64,000 nt of DNA from NCBI GenBank assembly GCA_044359955.1, contig JBIKLF010000001.1:35941-99940 (forward strand), read 5' to 3'. How positions within the stretch are numbered: the stretch's first letter is position 1; every line of letters begins with the position of its first letter. This document shows, in pieces, positions 57,773-64,000 of this stretch. Source of the stretch: Chthoniobacterales bacterium. GTDB lineage: Bacteria > Verrucomicrobiota > Verrucomicrobiia > Chthoniobacterales > JACTMZ01. The notes under the pieces are model-generated. The model did not search any database and was not told the origin of the DNA. It saw nothing but the letters and a program-made list of their open reading frames with translations. The position numbers were made by a program, and so were the translations under genes.

Positions 57773-58735
57773 ATGACCGTCTTCATCATCCGCCGTCTCC
57801 TCGCCTCGGTCGTGCTTTTGTTTTTCATCAGCCTGATTTCATTTTTCATCATCACGCTGACGCCGGGAAGCCCCTATCCCTGGGGCGAGTTGAATCCCAA
57901 AGTCTCGGAGGATGTGAAGCGGATCTTCCGCGAGAAATTCCACCTCGATAAGCCCCTGCACGAGCAATACGGGTTCATCATGCGTGACCTCTTCACCGGT
58001 GAGTTGCGCAGCATCAAGGACGAGCGGCCGGTGCTGGCGAAGATCGCCGAGCGCCTCCCCGCTACCCTCGCACTCAATCTTGGGGCGCTGGCGCTGTCCT
58101 TGAGCTTCGGTCTTTTGCTCGGCGTTTACGGGGCGCGGCATGCGGGGCGGCCTCCGGATGTGATCACGAGCGTCCTGGCCTTTGTCTTCATTGCGCTGCC
58201 GGGCTTTTGGGTTTCCTATCTGTTGGCCATCGGCTTGGTCAACTACGGGGCGGTGCCGATCCTCGGGACGCATACGATCGGTGTCACTTTCGCCAATGGC
58301 CTGGAGGTCTTTCTTGACCGCTGGTGGCATGTGATGCTGCCGGCCTCGATCCTCGCCATCGGGGGCGTGGCCGTGCAGTCGCGCTTCATCCGGGCGAGCA
58401 TGATTGAAACTCTGCGCGAGGATTACATCCGCACGGCACGGGCCAAGGGACTCGACGAGAACGCGGTGTTTTATCGGCATGCCCTGCGCAATTCGGTGCG
58501 CCCGCTCATCACCGGCATCGGAATGCTCCTGCCCGCGCTGATCGGCGGTGCGGTCATCATCGAAAACATTTTCGCCTACCCCGGGATGGGGCGCTTGGGC
58601 TACGAGGCGGTGTTAGAGCGTGATTACCCGACGCTCGTCGCGCTGAACTTTGTCACCGCGGCACTCGTCCTGCTCGGCAACCTGCTGGCCGACGTGCTTT
58701 ATGCGGTAGTCGATCCGAGGGTGCGATTGGAATGA
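57773..58735 (+). CDS. ABC transporter permease (OppB/DppB-like)
   Basis: 320 aa, six TM segments and the EDYIRTARAKGL EAA motif. Confidence 0.9.
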   Translation: MTVFIIRRLLASVVLLFFISLISFFIITLTPGSPYPWGELNPKVSEDVKRIFREKFHLDKPLHEQYGFIMRDLFTGELRSIKDERPVLAKIAERLPATLALNLGALALSLSFGLLLGVYGARHAGRPPDVITSVLAFVFIALPGFWVSYLLAIGLVNYGAVPILGTHTIGVTFANGLEVFLDRWWHVMLPASILAIGGVAVQSRFIRASMIETLREDYIRTARAKGLDENAVFYRHALRNSVRPLITGIGMLLPALIGGAVIIENIFAYPGMGRLGYEAVLERDYPTLVALNFVTAALVLLGNLLADVLYAVVDPRVRLE

Positions 58736-59628
58736 TCACGACGGCACCAGAACCTCTCGAGGTCGCCGCTAGTCCGATGGAGCGGTCCCTGCGCCGTTTT
58801 CGCGCGAACAAAATCGGACTCTGCGCCCTCGGCATGGTCGGCCTGCTTGCCGTCATTGCCGTGGCCTTCGTCGTGCTTGATGTCCTCGGTATCCCGTGGC
58901 CGATGGACCCTGATGCGACCAACCTCGAGCGGAAACTACTCCCGCCCGATTCGGTCAATTGGCTCGGCACAGACAATCTCGGACGCGATGTCTTCAGCCG
59001 CCTGCTCAACGGGGCCTACATTTCCCTGACGGTCGGATTTGTCGCGGTGTTCGTTTCGCTTTTCATCGGGGTGACGGTCGGTGCGGTGGCGGGTTATTTC
59101 GGCAAGTGGGTGGACAACCTCATCATGCGCTTCGTCGATGCGATCATGTGCTTCCCAACATTTTTCCTCATCCTCACGGCCGTGGCGCTGGTCGGTCCGA
59201 GCATTTTCAACATCATCATCGTGATCGGTCTGGTCAGCTGGACCGGCACCGCGCGTCTGGTCCGCGCGGAATTCCTCACCTTGCGCGAGTCAGCCTATGT
59301 GCAGGCCGCACGGGCCCTCGGGCAGCGCGGCCCGAAAATCATTTTCCGTCACATGCTGCCCAACGCGGCGGCCCCGATCCTGGTCACGGCCGTGCTCGGG
59401 GTGCCGGAGGCCATCCTGGCCGAGGCCGGCTTGAGCTTTCTCGGCTTCGGCGTGCAACCGCCCCAGGCCACGTGGGGCAATATTATCGCCGACGGCAAGA
59501 CCTACATTCTCGATGCCTGGTGGCTGATTTTGTTCCCCGGGCTTGCCATTCTCATCGCGGCACTGTCGTTTTATCTGACGGGGGACGCGCTGCGGCAGGC
59601 GGTGGAAACCCGGTCCGAAAGACAATGA
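58732..59628 (+). CDS. ABC transporter permease (OppC/DppC-like)
   Basis: 298 aa with an EAA-type loop (ESAYVQAARALG). 4-nt overlap with the upstream permease. Confidence 0.9.
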   Translation: MITTAPEPLEVAASPMERSLRRFRANKIGLCALGMVGLLAVIAVAFVVLDVLGIPWPMDPDATNLERKLLPPDSVNWLGTDNLGRDVFSRLLNGAYISLTVGFVAVFVSLFIGVTVGAVAGYFGKWVDNLIMRFVDAIMCFPTFFLILTAVALVGPSIFNIIIVIGLVSWTGTARLVRAEFLTLRESAYVQAARALGQRGPKIIFRHMLPNAAAPILVTAVLGVPEAILAEAGLSFLGFGVQPPQATWGNIIADGKTYILDAWWLILFPGLAILIAALSFYLTGDALRQAVETRSERQ

Positions 59629-60467
59629 GCCAACCCATCCTCCAAGTCCGCAACCTCTGCATCGACTTCGTCCTCGAAGACCGCACGATTGAAGCGGTGA
59701 AGGATGCTTCCTTCGAATTGGCCGCCGGCGAGACCTTGGCCATCGTGGGCGAGAGCGGCAGCGGCAAAAGCGTGACCGCGCTGGCCCTCACGAGGCTGTT
59801 GCCGGTGCCGCCGGCGGAGATCAAAGGCGGGGAAATACTCTTCGACGGCGAAAGCGTCATGACGATGGACGCGGCCCGCTTGCGCAAGTTGCGCGGCGGA
59901 AAGATCGCCTACATTTTCCAGGAGCCGAGCACTTCGCTCAATCCGGTTTACACGGTGCGGAGCCAAATCGGGGAGGCGATCCGTTTGCATCGCCGCGATG
60001 TCACGGACGTCGATGCGGAGATCGTGCGCTGGCTCGACGCGGTCGGCATCGTCGATCCGGCGGCCCGCATGCACGATTATCCGCACCAATTGAGCGGCGG
60101 GATGCAGCAGCGCGTCATGATCGCCATGGCGCTGGCTTGCCAGCCGGACGTGTTGGTCGCGGACGAGCCGACCACCGCACTGGACGTGACCATCCAAGCC
60201 CAGATCATGGAATTGCTCGGATCGCTGAAGGAGCGCTTCGGCATGGCTGTGATCCTGATCACGCACAACTTCGGGATTGTCTCGGGATTCGCCTCGCGGG
60301 TGCTCGTCATGTATCGCGGGCGGATCGTCGAGCAGGGCCCGACGGAAGAAATCCTGCGGCATCCGCAGCACGCCTACACGCGCGCCTTGATCGACTGCAT
60401 CCCACAGTTGGGCTCGAAGGCAAAGCGCCTGAAAACGATCGACCACGCGGCGATCGAGGCGGCTTGA
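59625..60467 (+). CDS. ABC transporter ATP-binding protein (OppD/DppD-like)
   Basis: GESGSGKS, LSGGMQQR and LVADEPTTALD motifs. Start trimmed from 58959; ATGA overlap with the permease stop. Confidence 0.9.
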   Translation: MSQPILQVRNLCIDFVLEDRTIEAVKDASFELAAGETLAIVGESGSGKSVTALALTRLLPVPPAEIKGGEILFDGESVMTMDAARLRKLRGGKIAYIFQEPSTSLNPVYTVRSQIGEAIRLHRRDVTDVDAEIVRWLDAVGIVDPAARMHDYPHQLSGGMQQRVMIAMALACQPDVLVADEPTTALDVTIQAQIMELLGSLKERFGMAVILITHNFGIVSGFASRVLVMYRGRIVEQGPTEEILRHPQHAYTRALIDCIPQLGSKAKRLKTIDHAAIEAA

Positions 60468-60505
60468 GTCTTGCTTTGCGGCGGGACCCGATCTTGGATG
60501 CGCGG

Positions 60506-61240
60506 ATGGAACGATCTTTCGGGCGGGCGGCGGACGTGTTGCGTCCGGTAACTTTCGAACCGGGCATTGCACCGCACGCGGCGGGGTCCGTGCTGGTTTC
60601 TTTCGGCAATACCAAAGTTGTCTGCGCGGCGACGATCGACGAAGCGGTGCCGCGCTGGATGCAGGTGCAGAAGGTGCCGGGCGGGTGGCTCACCGCGGAA
60701 TATTCCATGCTCCCTTACGCGACCTTGGACCGGAAGCAGCGGGATATTTCGCGCGGCAAACTCGATGGGCGCACCACGGAAATCCAGCGACTGATCGGAC
60801 GGGCGCTGCGGGCCGTGGTGGATCTCGACAAACTGGGGCCGCGCACGCTCTGGGTGGATTGCGATGTGTTGCAGGCCGATGGCGGGACGCGCACCGCGGC
60901 CATCACCGGGGCCTGTGTGGCGGTGGAATTGGCCTGCCGTAAACTGATGGCCGAGGGGAAAATCAAAGAGACGGCTCTCAAAGAACGGATGGCCGCAGTG
61001 AGTGTCGGGGTCGTGGGTGGAGAGGTGCTTCTCGATTTGGATTACTTGGAGGACAAGGAAGCCATGGTGGACATGAACCTGGTCATGACGCAGGGCGGGG
61101 AGTTTGTTGAGGTGCAGGGATCGGGGGAGGAAGCGACTTTTGGGGAGGAGGCGCTTTTTGAAATGCTGCGGGTTGGACGGGCGGGGATTGAAAGTTTGCT
61201 TGCCCTTCAGGACGGGATCCTTACTGTGTCCGCCTCTTAG
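60506..61240 (+). CDS. rph: ribonuclease PH
   Basis: [21 protein letters not shown] and [10 protein letters not shown] motifs. Start trimmed from 60137. Confidence 0.9.
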   Translation: MERSFGRAADVLRPVTFEPGIAPHAAGSVLVSFGNTKVVCAATIDEAVPRWMQVQKVPGGWLTAEYSMLPYATLDRKQRDISRGKLDGRTTEIQRLIGRALRAVVDLDKLGPRTLWVDCDVLQADGGTRTAAITGACVAVELACRKLMAEGKIKETALKERMAAVSVGVVGGEVLLDLDYLEDKEAMVDMNLVMTQGGEFVEVQGSGEEATFGEEALFEMLRVGRAGIESLLALQDGILTVSAS

Positions 61241-61248
61241 GCGCGGAC

Positions 61249-62256
61249 ATGAAAAAAGCACTCATCACAGGAATCACCGGTCAAGACGGGTCATATTTGG
61301 CCGACTTGCTGGTGGCCAAGGGCTACGAGGTGCACGGGATCATCCGCCGGGCCAGCACCTTCAACACGGCCCGCATCGATCACCTTTATCAGGATCCGCA
61401 CGTCAATGGAGTGCGGCTCTTCCTCCATTACGGCGACCTCGCGGATTCGGTTAATCTGACCAAGCTCCTCTATCAACTGCAACCCGACGAGGTCTACAAC
61501 CTCGGGGCGCAGAGCCATGTGCGGGTCAGTTTTGATATTCCCGAATACACCGCCGACGTGACCGGGGTGGGGACGATCCGTATTTTGGAAGCAATCCGGG
61601 AGTCCGGCGTGAAGCCCCGCTTCTACCAAGCCTCGAGCAGTGAGATGTATGGCAAGGTGCAAGCGGTGCCGCAGACCGAGACCACGCCGTTCTGGCCGCG
61701 CAGTCCTTACGGTTGTGCCAAAATGTTCGGGTATTGGGCCACGGTGAACTACCGCGAGAGCTACGGGCTCTTTGCCAGTAACGGCATTCTCTTCAACCAC
61801 GAGAGTCCGCGACGCGGCGAGACCTTCGTGACCCGAAAAATTTCCCGTGCCGTGGCGGCGATCAAGCTGGGGCTGCAAAAGGAGCTTTATTTGGGCAACA
61901 TGGAGGCCAAGCGCGACTGGGGCTATGCTCCGGAATACGTGGAAGGCATGTGGCGGATGCTGCAAGCCGACGCGCCGGACGACTACGTGCTGGCGACCAA
62001 CGAAACGCATACGGTCAAAGAATTTGTGCAGGAAGCCTTCGGTCACGTGGGCTTGGAATGGGAGAAATACATCAAGTATGACGCCCGCTACGAGCGCCCC
62101 GCCGAGGTCGACCTGCTCATCGGGGATCCGGCCAAGGCCAAGCGCCAACTCGGCTGGGAACCCAAGGTCCGCTTCAAGGAATTGGTCCAGATCATGGTGG
62201 ATGCCGATCTGGAAATGCTTGAAGGGAAGGGCCTCGTCCACCAACATCAAGCCTAA
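61249..62256 (+). CDS. gmd: GDP-mannose 4,6-dehydratase
   Basis: [13 protein letters not shown], the [10 protein letters not shown] region (Y-x3-K) and NHESPRRG. Confidence 0.95.
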   Translation: MKKALITGITGQDGSYLADLLVAKGYEVHGIIRRASTFNTARIDHLYQDPHVNGVRLFLHYGDLADSVNLTKLLYQLQPDEVYNLGAQSHVRVSFDIPEYTADVTGVGTIRILEAIRESGVKPRFYQASSSEMYGKVQAVPQTETTPFWPRSPYGCAKMFGYWATVNYRESYGLFASNGILFNHESPRRGETFVTRKISRAVAAIKLGLQKELYLGNMEAKRDWGYAPEYVEGMWRMLQADAPDDYVLATNETHTVKEFVQEAFGHVGLEWEKYIKYDARYERPAEVDLLIGDPAKAKRQLGWEPKVRFKELVQIMVDADLEMLEGKGLVHQHQA

Positions 62257-62279
62257 CCAAGAGAAGAAACCGAAATTTT

Positions 62280-62543
62280 ATGTCCAGAGTTTGTACCGTC
62301 ACCGGAGCCAAGCCCAAGCGCGGATCGATCATCCACCGCCGCGGTATGGCCAAGAAGAAGGGCGGCGTCGGCCGTCACGTCACGGCGAATACGCCGCGCT
62401 ATTTCACCCCGAATCTTCAGGAGAAACGCATCTGGGTTCCCGAGCTCAAACGGTTCGTGAAGGTCAAACTGACCGCCCGTGCCCTGAAGACGATCAACAA
62501 AAACGGGGCTTACGCCACTCTCAAGAAGGCCGGAATCATCTGA
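62280..62543 (+). CDS. rpmB: 50S ribosomal protein L28
   Basis: MSRVCTVTGAKPKRG..., a basic 87-aa L28 pattern. Confidence 0.9.
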   Translation: MSRVCTVTGAKPKRGSIIHRRGMAKKKGGVGRHVTANTPRYFTPNLQEKRIWVPELKRFVKVKLTARALKTINKNGAYATLKKAGII

Positions 62544-62585
62544 CCCTCTTAGTTCCCACCAAATACAGAAAGGAAACACACCACC

Positions 62586-62789
62586 ATGGCATTCAGCACA
62601 GTCAGCAAAAAAAGCGGTAAAACCTACTTCCTCCACGCACGTCTCCAAAAGTTGCGCGGCGGTCAGGAAGTGACCCTCTATTACTTCGCGGGCGAGGCCA
62701 AGGAGGGCGCGATCGACGCCCTTCCCGCCGGCTACGAAGTCTCGGAAAACGAGCGCACTGGTCTGCCGCTCTTGAAGAAGATCCGCTAA
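62586..62789 (+). CDS. hypothetical small protein
   Basis: 67-aa ORF with a protein-like composition (KTYFLHARL...TLYYFAGE...GYEVSENERTGLPLLKK), followed by a good terminator. Confidence 0.5.
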   Translation: MAFSTVSKKSGKTYFLHARLQKLRGGQEVTLYYFAGEAKEGAIDALPAGYEVSENERTGLPLLKKIR

Positions 62790-62811
62790 GTCAGAGACAT
62801 CTCTCCATCAA

Positions 62812-62849
62812 GGCGGCCCGGCAGCATACGCAGGGTCGCCTTTTTCTTT
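62812..62849 (+). terminator. rho-independent terminator
   Basis: An 8-bp stem ggcggccc / gggtcgcc (one G-U pair) with a 13-nt loop, followed by tttttcttt. Confidence 0.6.
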
Positions 62850-62872
62850 GCCAAGCTCCGGACCCGTTTCCC

Positions 62873-64000
62873 ATGCCGACCCATCCCCTGATCATTGGAG
62901 GAGGTCTGGTCGGTCTGGCCACGGCCTGGCAATTGTTGCGGTCCGGGCGCGTCCGAGCCCTTACTCTGCTCGAGAAGGAATCCACGGTCGGGGCGCATCA
63001 GAGCACCCACAACAGCGGGGTGCTCCACGCCGGGCTTTATTACCGGCCGGGCTCGCTCAAGGCGCGTCTCGCGGTCGAGGGGATCCGCGCCATGACCGCC
63101 TACTGCCGCGAAAAAAACATTCCGCATGAAATCTGCGGCAAAGTGGTCGTGGCCGTCGACGCGAGCGAAGTCCCGCGCCTGCACGAACTCGAAGCGCGTG
63201 GACAGGCCAACGGCCTCACCGGTCTGCGCCGCCTCGATCGTGCCGGTTTGCTCGAGATCGAACCCCATGCGGCCGGCCAGGCCGCCTTGCACGTGCCGGA
63301 GGAAGGCGTTGTCGACTACGCCGCCGTCTGCCAGTCCTTGCACGCCGACCTTCTGGCCATGGGCGGCTGCGTGGTGACCGGAGCGACCGTCACAGGTCTG
63401 AGCGAGACCTCGGATGGTTGGACAGCCGAAACCGGAGTTGGTGATTTCGCCGGCGACTTCCTCATCAATTGCGCCGGCCTGCAGAGCGACCGCGTCTGCC
63501 GCCTCGCCGGGCTTGATCCGACCGACCGCATCGTTCCCTTCCGCGGAGAATACTACCAACTCCACCCCGAAGCGGCGCACCTCGTGCGCCATCTCATTTA
63601 TCCGGTCCCCGATCCCAAGTTTCCTTTTCTTGGAGTCCACTTCACGCGGCTGATCTCCGGCCACGTCGAAGCCGGACCCAATGCCGTGCTCGCCTTCGCC
63701 CGTGAGGCCTACCGCAAAACGCAGTGGAACGCGCGTGACCTGGGTGAAGCACTCACTTTTTCCGGACTTTGGAAATTCCTCGCCCGTCATCCGCGCATGG
63801 CGTGGGACGAAGGCCTGCGGTCGCTGAGCAGGAAACTATTTTGTCAGTCACTCCAGCGTCTGGTGCCCGATCTGCGCGAGGAGGACCTTTTGCCGGGTGG
63901 CGCCGGCGTTCGCGCCCAGGCGATTTCTCCCGCCGGGGAATTGGTGCAGGACTTCCGCCTCGTTTCCGGCCCGCGTGCGCTCCACGTGGTCAACGCCCCC
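62873..64000 (+). CDS. lhgO: L-2-hydroxyglutarate oxidase (FAD-dependent), partial at right edge
   Basis: Own translation: MPTHPLIIGGGLVGLATAWQL...GAHQSTHNSGVLHAGLYY. The frame is open to the window end, so it is absent from the ORF track. Confidence 0.8.
   Translation, partial: MPTHPLIIGGGLVGLATAWQLLRSGRVRALTLLEKESTVGAHQSTHNSGVLHAGLYYRPGSLKARLAVEGIRAMTAYCREKNIPHEICGKVVVAVDASEVPRLHELEARGQANGLTGLRRLDRAGLLEIEPHAAGQAALHVPEEGVVDYAAVCQSLHADLLAMGGCVVTGATVTGLSETSDGWTAETGVGDFAGDFLINCAGLQSDRVCRLAGLDPTDRIVPFRGEYYQLHPEAAHLVRHLIYPVPDPKFPFLGVHFTRLISGHVEAGPNAVLAFAREAYRKTQWNARDLGEALTFSGLWKFLARHPRMAWDEGLRSLSRKLFCQSLQRLVPDLREEDLLPGGAGVRAQAISPAGELVQDFRLVSGPRALHVVNAP

Noticed and set aside
62786-63790. 334-aa minus-strand ORF
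   Set aside because: It is antisense to the lhgO frame, which has a clear FAD-binding GGGLVG N-terminus.

Overview
This is a high-GC bacterial chromosomal window that is densely coding and mostly housekeeping. All calls come from reading the six-frame track and my own translations; nothing was searched or computed. The protein style and the A-rich leaders without a Shine-Dalgarno sequence suggest a Verrucomicrobiota/Opitutae-like organism, but that is inference only.

Gene content by region:
- Left edge: a MOSC-FdhD fusion gene running off the window (absent from the ORF track), coupled to mobA.
- 2.1-4.9 kb: a small accessory patch with a 5'-truncated IS1595-family transposase, a cellulase-like glycoside hydrolase, and a toxin-antitoxin pair whose ParE/RelE toxin is decayed.
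- 5-23 kb: a lipoprotein plus TolC-family outer membrane protein, pgeF, a methyltransferase, argS, ptsN, a class-III aminotransferase, an orphan nuoA, then a long minus-strand run (LMW phosphatase, trmL, aldehyde dehydrogenase, saccharopine dehydrogenase family, coaX, uracil-DNA glycosylase, enoyl-CoA hydratase), TPR membrane proteins and lemA.
- 23.4-24.8 kb: an intact IS4-family insertion sequence with 36-bp terminal inverted repeats.
- 24.9-32.9 kb: a tightly coupled pyrR-pyrB-pyrC-pyrF-guaB-guaA block with divergent pyrD.
- 32.9-48 kb: two TPM-domain genes, exbB-exbD-tonB, gap-pgk, a 7TM-HD hydrolase, ybeY, a hypothetical gene, clpS, a DUF2017-like gene, recO, prmA, doxX, lysA.
- 48-64 kb: a fur-family regulator fused into sufCBD, a 2-oxoacid dehydrogenase E1alpha/E1beta/E2 set, an Opp/Dpp-type ABC transporter, rph, gmd, rpmB, and a partial lhgO at the right edge (also absent from the track).

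I saw no rRNA, tRNA or CRISPR array.

I did not find a convincing novel multi-gene system. The most unusual observations are:
- Three families of REP/BIME-like hairpin repeats with GTAG or GTGG heads, filling nearly every convergent intergenic gap.
- A canonical intrinsic terminator inside the pyrR/pyrD divergent region.
- The MOSC-FdhD fusion.
- The coupled hypothetical-clpS-DUF2017-recO block.
- IS4 ends that carry a hairpin resembling a neighbouring REP-like hairpin.

Many long ORFs in the track are antisense artefacts of the high GC content and were rejected.
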